Shown here in pieces: positions 34,444 through 42,356 of a stretch of DNA of 43,853 nucleotides (position 1 is its first letter; every line of letters begins with the position of its first letter). The notes under the pieces are model-generated. The model searched no databases. It had not been told where the DNA came from and saw only the letters and a list, made by a program, of their open reading frames with translations. The translations under genes were made by a program, and so were the position numbers. This DNA comes from a virus. The stretch is taken from IMG/VR virus record IMGVR_UViG_3300037473_000089, positions 1 through 43,853 of that record. One strand, written 5' to 3'.

Positions 34444-34744
34444 GTCGCCGCACCCTCCCCACCTTAAGCGCCTCACGCGCGGTGCGACCAACAGGCATCG
34501 GCGTGAGGATGTTGCGACGGCGATCTTTTGGGCTGATCGCCTGATGGATCAGGCCCATCTGCTCAAACCGATTGATCGAGCGCGTGATAACAGGCTTGTC
34601 GACGCCAAGGCGGAGCGCGATCGAGCCCGTGCTATGAGGGCCCGCCTCGTCGCAGAGCAGGCCGAGCATAGCAATTTGGCGGATCGTCAGGTCTTCACAG
34701 CCGGATCGCACGCAGGCGAGCGCAGCTGTAGCAAGGTCGTTCAT
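34436..34744 (-). CDS. MarR-like winged-helix DNA-binding protein
   Basis: 102 aa. LTIRQIAMLGLLCDEAGPHSTGSIALRLGVDKPVITRSINRFEQMGLIHQAISPKDRRRNIL. Confidence 0.6.
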   Translation of the reverse strand: MNDLATAALACVRSGCEDLTIRQIAMLGLLCDEAGPHSTGSIALRLGVDKPVITRSINRFEQMGLIHQAISPKDRRRNILTPMPVGRTAREALKVGRVRRHG

Positions 34745-35067
34745 GCGGTGGCCTTTCTCTTGAGGCGAGCGGGCTGGACGGCCATCCAGACGATGGCCTT
34801 CTTTCCGCTGGCATTGGTTCGACGGTGGCCGCTGTCTCGGATCTTCCCGAGGCGGCTCAGTTCTGTGCAGCGCGGACGGATCGAGAGGATCGACATGCCG
34901 AGGCGTCCGGCGACCTCGTCGGCGGTAAGGCCGTTCGAGCGCTCCAGCACGTCGAGCGCTAAGGAGCGCAGGATAGAAGACTTCGGCGCCATATCGGCGG
35001 CCGCCGCTTGCGACGTGTCGCGATCCTGCGCGCCTGGCGCGTGGGGATAGCGGAATAGGTCGGTCAT
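34741..35067 (-). CDS. Winged-helix DNA-binding protein
   Basis: 108 aa. ILRSLALDVLERSNGLTADEVAGRLGMSILSIRPRCTELSRLGKI. Confidence 0.5.
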   Translation of the reverse strand: MTDLFRYPHAPGAQDRDTSQAAAADMAPKSSILRSLALDVLERSNGLTADEVAGRLGMSILSIRPRCTELSRLGKIRDSGHRRTNASGKKAIVWMAVQPARLKRKATA

Positions 35068-35291
35068 GCTGCCTCCCCGCCATCAACAGGGCGCGCAGCT
35101 GCAATCCGCGTGGCCCGCTGCATCTCATCCATGATGCGGTTCGCGGCGCGCTGGTACGCGCGACTCTGAGCGCGGCGCTCCTTGTTCGCCGCGGCGCCCG
35201 GCTGGGCCGTTATCCGCGCGTCCATCTCGTCTCTGAGAGTGAGCACGATAACAGCGGCGCGGCGTAGGCCGTCGACCCTCGCAGCAGTCAT
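35064..35291 (-). CDS. Hypothetical protein
   Basis: 75 aa from ATG 35291, helical and Arg/Ala-rich. Confidence 0.4.
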   Translation of the reverse strand: MTAARVDGLRRAAVIVLTLRDEMDARITAQPGAAANKERRAQSRAYQRAANRIMDEMQRATRIAAARPVDGGEAA

Positions 35292-35440
35292 GCAGCCCTC
35301 CCTCGGCCGATGCAGATTTCCACCTGATGGCCACGCCATTCGAGATGGATGCTGATCCCTCGCACATCGCTTCCGTCCTCTTGGCAGCTTGTCCAAGAAA
35401 GGACTTCGAGTGCCGGCAACCATTTGCGGATTGCCTTCAA
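35288..35440 (-). CDS. Hypothetical small protein
   Basis: 50 aa if started at TTG 35440. That start makes a TTGA overlap with the upstream stop and has GGGAGGG 4-5 nt upstream. The ORF track gives an 84-aa version reaching 35542. Confidence 0.3.
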   Translation of the reverse strand: MKAIRKWLPALEVLSWTSCQEDGSDVRGISIHLEWRGHQVEICIGRGRAA

Positions 35441-35667
35441 TGCACCCTCCCGCTCGACGAGCCCGTGAGCGACACAAGTTCGCGCTCCCACCACTCGAGT
35501 TTGATAGTCGTGACGGCGCACGCCCGGCGGCAGATCAGGCAACGCCGCTCACAGTGGGGGCTGTCGAGCGGTTGTCCGCCGCGATAGGACAACTCGATCT
35601 GCCTACGCTCACGGAGGTCCGCGACCCGCTCCATCGCCTCTGCGATGTCGTGGAGCGCCGCGGTCAT
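35437..35667 (-). CDS. Hypothetical Cys-rich small protein
   Basis: 76 aa containing HCERRCLICRRAC. Confidence 0.4.
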   Translation of the reverse strand: MTAALHDIAEAMERVADLRERRQIELSYRGGQPLDSPHCERRCLICRRACAVTTIKLEWWERELVSLTGSSSGRVH

Positions 35668-36281
35668 GCTGCCGCCTCCACTCCAGCAAGCCCGTAGATG
35701 AGCTGGCGCGCAACGTTGCCGCTGAGCGTCGGGCAGGCGTCGATGAGATCGCCAAGCCCTTCATCGCCAATGTGTGCGACCATGATGGCCTTGGCGCGGA
35801 TACGGGCATTCTCGCTGGTGTGCGGAAGCGCCAGCACCTCTTCCAGCAATCGGCTCTGATCAGCAGACCAATCGTCCCATTCTGCTTGTGACCGGCTGCC
35901 GGCGTTCATGGCAATCGTGCGGGCTCGGAAGTCGTCTATCCTCTCGGACAGACCCTTCGGCTTTTCCGTGAGCCCCTTCCACTCGCCCCCGAGCGCGCCA
36001 AGAACCTCGGCCATGAGCCGACCGAAGAGCCAGCGCTCCATGCCGGGAGCATTGAGGTCGTACATGTCGGCCACCGCGCTGAGCTTTTCGCCTATGCCGC
36101 GCAGATCGGGCGCGGGAATCGCGAGCAGGGTCAGCAAGGCCGCGCTGGTCTGCGCATACATCGCCATGTTACCCTCCTCCTGCGCCTCTTCCTCTTCGAA
36201 GGTCTGGGCCGGAGGAATGGCGAGTTCGGCAGCGCGCAGGCGCTGATATGCAGCGAGCGCAGCAGAGAAATTCGTGGTCAT
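35664..36281 (-). CDS. Hypothetical protein
   Basis: 205-aa ORF in the coupled chain. Confidence 0.5.
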   Translation of the reverse strand: MTTNFSAALAAYQRLRAAELAIPPAQTFEEEEAQEEGNMAMYAQTSAALLTLLAIPAPDLRGIGEKLSAVADMYDLNAPGMERWLFGRLMAEVLGALGGEWKGLTEKPKGLSERIDDFRARTIAMNAGSRSQAEWDDWSADQSRLLEEVLALPHTSENARIRAKAIMVAHIGDEGLGDLIDACPTLSGNVARQLIYGLAGVEAAA

Positions 36282-36583
36282 GCGAGTTTCACCTCCCAGC
36301 CATGGGCTCGCGCTTCGTCAATGACGCGCATTGCATCCGCTTCGACAGTCACATGACCAAGTGCAAGGTTCGCGACGATGATCGTCATTTTGACGATCAC
36401 GTCTTCGGGCGACGTGGCCGGATAATCTATTATTAGCGCATCCATCCGGTTCAGCGCTGCGATATACTTATCATCGACGTTGCCATCTTCGATGATAACC
36501 TCATTGCGTCGACGGAATATTTCCATCAGAGGTCCAACGCCGCTGCTCATTTCGCACAGCGCCTTTCGGCCATGAATTTTCAC
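36278..36583 (-). CDS. Hypothetical protein encoded by a markedly low-GC gene
   Basis: 101 aa. GC is 43-48% on two counted 60-nt lines, against about 65% for the genome. Confidence 0.55.
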   Translation of the reverse strand: MKIHGRKALCEMSSGVGPLMEIFRRRNEVIIEDGNVDDKYIAALNRMDALIIDYPATSPEDVIVKMTIIVANLALGHVTVEADAMRVIDEARAHGWEVKLA

Positions 36584-36888
36584 AAGCCCCTCCCGACGTG
36601 CTGACAGGAATCGTTGACCGGATCGGCGACGGCCGCGAACTCCCCGCAGAACTCGTCATGCCAAGTCGCCGGGAAGATGCTGGCGTCGCTCACCGCGCTG
36701 ACGGTGACCACGTCCTCCGGGTCATAGTTACGACCGCCGAATTTCGGGCGCTCGATCACCATGGAGGCGACGTGGTCGCTCACCCGAGGCGGGTAGCGGC
36801 GGCACCACCCCCAGCCCAGCGTCTCATCGGCGGAGCGCTCGGCATCTTGCCAATGCCGGCAGACGCCGCAGAACTGCCCGGCGCTCAC
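36580..36888 (-). CDS. Hypothetical Cys-rich protein
   Basis: 102 aa from GTG 36888 (GTGA overlap). FCGVCRHWQ...WCRRYPP... Confidence 0.45.
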   Translation of the reverse strand: MSAGQFCGVCRHWQDAERSADETLGWGWCRRYPPRVSDHVASMVIERPKFGGRNYDPEDVVTVSAVSDASIFPATWHDEFCGEFAAVADPVNDSCQHVGRGL

Positions 36889-37298
36889 AGGCGCCTCCCG
36901 ATGTGCTGGCCAAGGCGGCCAAGATAGCGGACCGTCCAGGCCCCGAGGCCGGCGGCGACGATCAGCGCCGCGAGCACCGTCCATGCGTGCAGCTCGAAGA
37001 TGGCCGGAACGAGCAGGATCACGGCCCAGCCGGTGGCCGCCAGCAAGGCGAGCCCTTCGGCGCAGAGGCGACCGCTCTCGATGCGAAGCGGCTCGGGCGT
37101 CGGCTCATTGAGCAAGCGATAGGCGTCGAGAAACCGGCCGTGTGCCGCGGCCGTCTGCGCCGCCAAGATTTCGCGGTCACCGTCGGTGCACTTGTCGTCG
37201 CCCAACGATTTGAGCTCTCGCTGGGAAGCGAGTGCGTATTCGTCCCATGCGGTAAGAGCGGCCTCCTCCAGAGGCGTTGCATAGCGCGCGATCAGCAT
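36885..37298 (-). CDS. Membrane protein (two C-terminal TM helices)
   Basis: 137 aa. ...GLALLAATGWAVILLVPAIFELHAWTVLAALIVAAGLGAW... Confidence 0.5.
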   Translation of the reverse strand: MLIARYATPLEEAALTAWDEYALASQRELKSLGDDKCTDGDREILAAQTAAAHGRFLDAYRLLNEPTPEPLRIESGRLCAEGLALLAATGWAVILLVPAIFELHAWTVLAALIVAAGLGAWTVRYLGRLGQHIGRRL

Positions 37299-37570
37299 GC
37301 CACACCGTCCGACTGGAGAAAGAGCGCGACGCCGATCAGCGACCCGATCGCCTCGAAAGTGCGAGCGGTGAAAATTTCGCGGCTCGTGCCGACGGTCGAC
37401 AGATCATGATGATCCGCGTCCGCATCCATGAATGCGCGGCTGAGGAGATTTGTGAGCCCATGAACCTGAATGAGCAGCGCTTCTGCCGTGCTCTCTCGGT
37501 CGGCGAATGGCGTTGTCCCGTCGATTTTGAATTTCGCCAGCGCGTCGGCTGGATGCGTCGTCGTGCCCAT
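37292..37570 (-). CDS. First gene of the early-left operon, hypothetical
   Basis: 92 aa with a strong RBS AGGAGG upstream. Confidence 0.5.
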   Translation of the reverse strand: MGTTTHPADALAKFKIDGTTPFADRESTAEALLIQVHGLTNLLSRAFMDADADHHDLSTVGTSREIFTARTFEAIGSLIGVALFLQSDGVAC

Positions 37571-37708
37571 GCACCGTCCTCCTGCTCAAGGCAGCAGGGA
37601 TCGGCCGGCGGCGCGATATCGGCCGCTAGTATCAGACGTCGCGAAGGCGCGCCGGACGGTTCCTGCTTCTCAGCCGCTTGGCAGTGAGCCTCTGCGGTTG
37701 ATGAGCAA

Positions 37709-37761
37709 AGATTAGCCTCATGGCTATAATTCGTAAACCCTGTTTTTTAGCCACTCGGCTA
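37709..37761 (-). promoter_or_regulatory. OL/PL-like region: two TAGCC-N4-GGCTA operators plus a candidate leftward promoter
   Basis: Operators at 37713-37726 (TAGCCtcatGGCTA) and 37748-37761 (TAGCCactcGGCTA). On the minus strand, -35 TTTACG at 37737-37732 and -10 TAATCT at 37714-37709 with a 17-nt spacer. Confidence 0.55.
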
Positions 37762-37764
37762 TTT

Positions 37765-38370
37765 TTACATTCGCGAGGCCTGCCACGTAACTCGCCCGAT
37801 AACGGTAAATGGCTCGCGCCCTAGCACGATCTCCTTATGCATCGGGTTGGAGGAGCACGGCTCGAGCCTAGGGGGATCGGATCGAAAGCGCTTGAAAGTA
37901 GATTCGCCCTCGCCGTTCTGGATCGCGTAAATGCGCCCGTCCAAGAGCTCGAACTGGTCAGGGTCAACCACGATCATGCTGTTTGGCCCGACAACGAGGT
38001 CCATGCTGTCCCCGTCAGGAATCAATCCGAACGCATTTGGCCCGGAGCCAGGAGCCGGTAGCCAGGCCTCGGGATCGCCGGCCGCCACAGCTTCTTTCCA
38101 GCTCCCTGCCGCGATCCTTCCAAGCAGCGGCACCATCGTCACAGGCTTATGCTTTGGTGCTCCATCAACGATGTCGCCAGGCGCCACATCGAGAGCCTTC
38201 GCGATTTGGTCGCGCAGATCTGATGAAAGGCCGCGCATTGATCGTTCGATCTTCGCGATGGTTGTGAAGTGGACACCGATTAGGTTGCCGAGCTGCTCCA
38301 TCGAGAGCCCCTTTTCCCGCCTGAGTAGGCGGATGCGCTCGCCGGGTGTGTCGCCAGTCGTCGGGTCCAT
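37765..38370 (-). CDS. cI-like repressor (XRE HTH plus S24 LexA-type autopeptidase)
   Basis: 201 aa from ATG 38370 with RBS AAGGAGGT. HTH region IRLLRREKGLSMEQLGNLIGVHFTTIAKIER. S24 part GDSMDLVVGPNSMIVVD...TFKRF provides the Ser/Lys dyad context. Confidence 0.85.
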   Translation of the reverse strand: MDPTTGDTPGERIRLLRREKGLSMEQLGNLIGVHFTTIAKIERSMRGLSSDLRDQIAKALDVAPGDIVDGAPKHKPVTMVPLLGRIAAGSWKEAVAAGDPEAWLPAPGSGPNAFGLIPDGDSMDLVVGPNSMIVVDPDQFELLDGRIYAIQNGEGESTFKRFRSDPPRLEPCSSNPMHKEIVLGREPFTVIGRVTWQASRM

Positions 38371-38391
38371 AACGTACCTCCTTACTCTCCA

Positions 38392-38467
38392 TAGCCGCTT
38401 GGCTAAATTGCGCAATGCAACAAGAGAGTTAATAGGCTATTGCTCAATTTAGCCTTTTGGCTAGAAT
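38392..38467. promoter_or_regulatory. OR-like region: two TAGCC-N4-GGCTA operators and a rightward promoter
   Basis: Operators at 38392-38405 (TAGCCgcttGGCTA) and 38450-38463 (TAGCCttttGGCTA). -35 TTGCTC at 38440-38445 and -10 TAGAAT at 38462-38467 with a 16-nt spacer. Confidence 0.6.
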
Positions 38468-38473
38468 GCTCGC

Positions 38474-38695
38474 ATGAACAAGCTAGCCACCTACCTCTTA
38501 AAAGAGGGCATTTCGTACGCGGAGATGGCCCGTCGCGTTGGCACGAAGCACGCCCGCACCGTAGAGCGGCACGCGAAGGGCAAGCGCATTCCTGACGGCA
38601 AAATGATGGCCGCCTACCTTCGCGAGACCAAAGGCACCGTTCAGCCTTCAGACTTCTTCGCCCTTACTGAGCCCGCCCTCCGGGCAGCGGAGTAA
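38474..38695 (+). CDS. Cro/CII-like small HTH protein (possibly leaderless mRNA)
   Basis: 73 aa. ISYAEMARRVGTKHARTVERHAKGKR. Divergent from the repressor. The ATG lies 7 nt after the -10 box and has no Shine-Dalgarno sequence. Confidence 0.55.
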   Translation: MNKLATYLLKEGISYAEMARRVGTKHARTVERHAKGKRIPDGKMMAAYLRETKGTVQPSDFFALTEPALRAAE

Positions 38696-38700
38696 ACCGC

Positions 38701-40110
38701 ATGGCCGCTTTGCCGGGCGATGGCGGGGCGCAGCAGATGGAGCTTCCGACCCACCTGCACGACGCTGAGCTTGAGATGGCGCTGATCGGCGCCCTCTTGT
38801 CCAATAACAATCAGGTCGATCGAGTTGCCGATAGCCTGACGGCCGAAGACTTCGGCGATCCTCTTCTTGCTGACATCTACCGGGTGATCGTGCGCGAGGT
38901 CGCCGCTGGGCGCGACGCGATCGTCCCCACCATCGCACCGATGTTCGCTGGCAACCCCGGCTTCGAGCAGATCGGCGGGCGACATTCGCTTGTCACATGG
39001 TCGATGTCGGTCATCGTCAACTCACAGCCCGCCACGAACTTCTCGAAGGCCATCAAGGAAGTGGCGAACCGCCGCCGCCTTTGGCTGGCGATGCAGGCAT
39101 CGATGCGGGCGCTTGAGGATCCGGCGGCGCCGGTGGCAGACATCATGTCGCAGCACGAGGCGGACCTCTCGTCCTTTACTGGGGAATCGTCCGAGGCTGT
39201 CTTCCACTCGGCCGCCGATTGCGTCGACGAGGTAATCGCCAGCTTCAACCGGCCGCGCAACGGCGTCACCAGCGGCACCGTGGAGGGCATGGATCGCCTG
39301 CTCGGAGCGATCAGGCCCGGTTGGCTCGGCATCGTCGCGGCGCGGCCCGGCATGGGCAAGACGGCCGCGCTTCTGAGCTATTTCCGCGGCGCGGCATCTC
39401 GCGGCCATCACAGCCTGTATTTCAGCCTAGAAGTGGGTTGGGAGACGCTCAGCACGCGTGTGGTGTCGGACGCTGCCTACGCGGCTGGGAAGCCGATCCT
39501 GTACGATGCGATCGTCAACGCAACCGTGCAGCCGCACCACCAGCGTGAAATCTGCCGCCTGCGCGATGAGATCGAGAGCCTGCCGCTGCATGTTGTCGAT
39601 AAGGACTGCCACACGATCGGCGGCGTAAGGCGACAAATCCGCCGCTACAAGCGGTGGCTGGCCGCCAAGGGCAAAAAGCTCGAACTGGTCGTCATCGACT
39701 ATCTCCAGCTGCTCTCGCCCGACCAGCAAGGCCTGTCCGATACTGAAGCCGTCTCGCGGATCAGTCGCGCACTGAAGGTGATGGCGGTGGAGGAGGAGGT
39801 CGCGATCATCGCCGCTGCCCAGCTCAACCGCGAGGTCGAGAAGCGTGAGGACAAGCGTCCGACGCTCTCCGACCTGCGCAGCAGCGGGCAGATCGAAGCC
39901 GACGCCGATTTCGTCGTCTTCCTGCTCAGCCAGGAATATTACCACCGCGCCGCCCGGCCGCGGGACGAGCACGACCCGAAATATGCCGAGTGGGAGGAGC
40001 GCCTGCGGCTCGTCGAGAACGAGCTGGAGTTCATCCTCGCCAAATTCCGCCACGGCAGCATCGGCAACTTCTTCGGCCGCTTCTTCCGCGACTATCAGGC
40101 GGTGCGCTGA
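38701..40110 (+). CDS. dnaB: Replicative DNA helicase (DnaB family)
   Basis: 469 aa. N-terminal HDAELEMALIGALLSNN, Walker A ARPGMGKTA, Walker B LVVIDYLQLL, and later LNREVEKREDKRPTLSDLRSSGQIEADAD. Confidence 0.85.
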   Translation: MAALPGDGGAQQMELPTHLHDAELEMALIGALLSNNNQVDRVADSLTAEDFGDPLLADIYRVIVREVAAGRDAIVPTIAPMFAGNPGFEQIGGRHSLVTWSMSVIVNSQPATNFSKAIKEVANRRRLWLAMQASMRALEDPAAPVADIMSQHEADLSSFTGESSEAVFHSAADCVDEVIASFNRPRNGVTSGTVEGMDRLLGAIRPGWLGIVAARPGMGKTAALLSYFRGAASRGHHSLYFSLEVGWETLSTRVVSDAAYAAGKPILYDAIVNATVQPHHQREICRLRDEIESLPLHVVDKDCHTIGGVRRQIRRYKRWLAAKGKKLELVVIDYLQLLSPDQQGLSDTEAVSRISRALKVMAVEEEVAIIAAAQLNREVEKREDKRPTLSDLRSSGQIEADADFVVFLLSQEYYHRAARPRDEHDPKYAEWEERLRLVENELEFILAKFRHGSIGNFFGRFFRDYQAVR

Positions 40111-41003
40111 TGAGCGGCTGGTACATCATGCATCGCGGCTGGATGGACAGCTTCAAGCCGGAGCCGTTCACCGAGCGAGAGGCGTTCCTGTGGTCGATCG
40201 AGCAGGCGGCTATCCTCGCCCATGACCAGTGGTTCAACGGCCAGCGTATCCCCGTCGAACGCGGCGAATTTGCCACCTCTTTGCGCCTTATGGCGGAGGC
40301 GTTTTCGTGGACCGTGAAGCGGGTACGAGGCTTCATGGAGCGCATGGGGAAAGCCGAAAAATGGGCACAGCGGCAGGCACACCAAGGGGCACAGTCGCCA
40401 ACCATCATAAGTGTCTTGAATTACGAGAAATATCAGAACGTGGCTGACCAAAAGGGCACAGCGGAGGGCACACCCAAGGGCACGCGAGGGGCACAGCAAG
40501 GGCACAGCAAGGGCACACAACAGAACAAAGGAAACAAAGGAAACAAAGGTAAGAAGGAAGAGAGTACTCCGTACTCTCTCGTCGATCAGACCCTTGATCC
40601 GGCGAACGATCAGCCCTCATTCCTGCCCGCCCCGGACGAGGTGTCGGACGCCTTCACGGCGTTCGACGCCATCCGCCAAGAGTTCGTGCCGAATGCTCGG
40701 ACGATGGAGCTCAGCCCCGACCGGCGAAAGAAGCTGGCCGCGCGCCTCCGTGAAATAGGCGGCGCCGCTGGCTGGGCCGAGGTCGTGGCCACCATCCGTG
40801 GATCGCCATTTTTGCGCGGCGAAGAATCCCGCAACGGCTTCGTGAAACTCGACTGGCTGCTTGAGCCGGCAAACCTCCGGAAAGTTCGAGAAGGAAACTA
40901 TGACCACCACGGCAATCGCAGCGCAGGCCCAGCCGCACAGCCTGTTCGTACCGGCCCCGTCGCCGCCATCAATATCGCCCGAGATCGCCTCGGCCTTGGC
41001 TGA
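40110..41003 (+). CDS. Replication initiator / replisome organiser candidate (lambda O-like architecture)
   Basis: 297 aa with an ATG/TGA overlap with dnaB. An N-terminal wHTH-like domain, a low-complexity Lys/Gly/Gln linker encoded by the iteron array, then a C-terminal domain. Confidence 0.55.
   Translation: MSGWYIMHRGWMDSFKPEPFTEREAFLWSIEQAAILAHDQWFNGQRIPVERGEFATSLRLMAEAFSWTVKRVRGFMERMGKAEKWAQRQAHQGAQSPTIISVLNYEKYQNVADQKGTAEGTPKGTRGAQQGHSKGTQQNKGNKGNKGKKEESTPYSLVDQTLDPANDQPSFLPAPDEVSDAFTAFDAIRQEFVPNARTMELSPDRRKKLAARLREIGGAAGWAEVVATIRGSPFLRGEESRNGFVKLDWLLEPANLRKVREGNYDHHGNRSAGPAAQPVRTGPVAAINIARDRLGLG
40363..40579. other. Candidate origin of replication inside the initiator gene (iterons, A/T-rich tracts, palindrome)
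   Basis: GGGCACA-type motif at 40363, 40375, 40387, 40454, 40466, 40478, 40489, 40500 and 40511; the last six are spaced 11-12 bp. AT-rich 40400-40440. ACAAAGGAA x3 at 40525-40551. Palindrome AGAGAGTAC-tcc-GTACTCTCT at 40559-40579. Confidence 0.6.
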
Positions 41004-41445
41004 CACCGATCCGCGCTGGACGCTTGGCGGGCCACCGTGGAGGGCTGACATCGCTCTCGGCGTCGTCAGCCGCCTCGGCTGTTCCGAGACGCTGCCAGCG
41101 CTTCTGGAAACCGTGCAGCGCAGCCTCGCACCAGCCTCGCGGAAATGGCTCGCTGATCGGCTGTCGGTCATGAACGCGCAGTTCGCCGTGAACCGGTCGA
41201 CGGCGGACGCCGATACGGTGACCGTGTGGATGTCTGAGACGATCCGCCTCCTCGGCGACGTGCCGCACGACATTCTTGCGGCGTCGATCGACCAGGCCAT
41301 CCGCGCCGGCCGCTCTGGCTTCATGCCGACAGTGGGCGAGATCCTCGCGGTGGCGGATCCCGTCGTGAACGAACGCCAGCGCCAGGCGGAGCGGCTCGAG
41401 GCGATGGTGAAGAAGATGTTCGATCAGCAAGCGCTGGGTGAGTGA
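40900..41445 (+). CDS. Hypothetical protein (replication module)
   Basis: 181 aa from ATG 40900 with RBS GAGAAGGA. Overlaps the 3' end of the initiator gene by about 100 nt in another frame. Confidence 0.45.
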   Translation: MTTTAIAAQAQPHSLFVPAPSPPSISPEIASALADTDPRWTLGGPPWRADIALGVVSRLGCSETLPALLETVQRSLAPASRKWLADRLSVMNAQFAVNRSTADADTVTVWMSETIRLLGDVPHDILAASIDQAIRAGRSGFMPTVGEILAVADPVVNERQRQAERLEAMVKKMFDQQALGE

Positions 41446-42262
41446 CGGAATGACGAGCGCGGGGGTGAAGGTGGAAAAGGAAGAGACGCCGCAGGAGCGG
41501 AAGCAGCGGCGCATCGCCGAGGCGCGCGCGGACCTCGCGGCCCGGTACGCGGCCGATCCGGAGGGCGTGCAGCGCTTTCAGTCGCGCATGGCGAACCTCG
41601 CGGCGGTCAGAAAGCGTGAGCGCGAACGGTTCGAGCGGCTCGTGTTGGGCACGCCGCCCGAGCCGGAGCCTATGCCGAAGAAGCCGACCGGCATGTCGAA
41701 GGCGGAATGGAAGGTCGAGAAGGCGCGCATCCAGAAGGAGCGGAAGGCGTCGGCGGCCGAAGCTGATCGCTTCGAGGGCAAGGCCGGCACGCCGCAGACG
41801 CTGGCCTTCGCCAGCAGCACCCACACAGGCAGCCTGGAGCAGCTTGAGCGGAACGGCACCATCACGAAGGACCAGCGCGAGTGGGCGGCCGAGATCGCGA
41901 ACGTCTATCGCAGCATCGAGGCCGAGGTCGGGATCAAGGTCGCCAGTCTCGAAGCGCGCGTCGACAATGACCGGGCCGCAGGGAACCGCGTTGCCGAAGG
42001 TGTGAAGCGTGTGCGGCTGCACGCCGCCTATTCGGAATGGCGGGATGCGCTTCCGCCTCCGAAGCAGATGGTGCTCGACATGATAGTCGGTGACGCGATC
42101 GGCTACTCCGTTGCCGCCAAGCGCTATCGGGTCGGGAAGCTGCGAGCCAAGCGCGCCTTGATCGAGGCGCTGGATCGGTGGCCGCGGTATGTCCAAGCCG
42201 CGTTCCGTGACATCAGCGAGGATGAAGCGCGGACAGGGGTTCGGTGGTGGGCTGCTGCATAG
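41438..42262 (+). CDS. Hypothetical protein with C-terminal HTH-like segment (possible late-gene regulator)
   Basis: 274 aa with a Lys/Arg/Glu-rich N-terminal half. The C-terminus ...MVLDMIVGDAIGYSVAAKRYRVGKLRAKRALIEALDRW resembles a sigma region-4-like HTH. Followed by a terminator. Confidence 0.4.
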   Translation: MSDGMTSAGVKVEKEETPQERKQRRIAEARADLAARYAADPEGVQRFQSRMANLAAVRKRERERFERLVLGTPPEPEPMPKKPTGMSKAEWKVEKARIQKERKASAAEADRFEGKAGTPQTLAFASSTHTGSLEQLERNGTITKDQREWAAEIANVYRSIEAEVGIKVASLEARVDNDRAAGNRVAEGVKRVRLHAAYSEWRDALPPPKQMVLDMIVGDAIGYSVAAKRYRVGKLRAKRALIEALDRWPRYVQAAFRDISEDEARTGVRWWAAA

Positions 42263-42330
42263 GGGGCTTGCAGCCGACCCCGAAAATCGCCTAAAAGGCC
42301 CTTGGAACAATTGCGCCCGGCGCAGATCGA

Positions 42331-42356
42331 GCCCGCCCTAACCGGCGGGCTTTTTC
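42331..42356 (+). terminator. Rho-independent terminator ending the early-right operon
   Basis: GCCCGCC-ctaacc-GGCGGGC followed by TTTTTCG. Confidence 0.75.
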
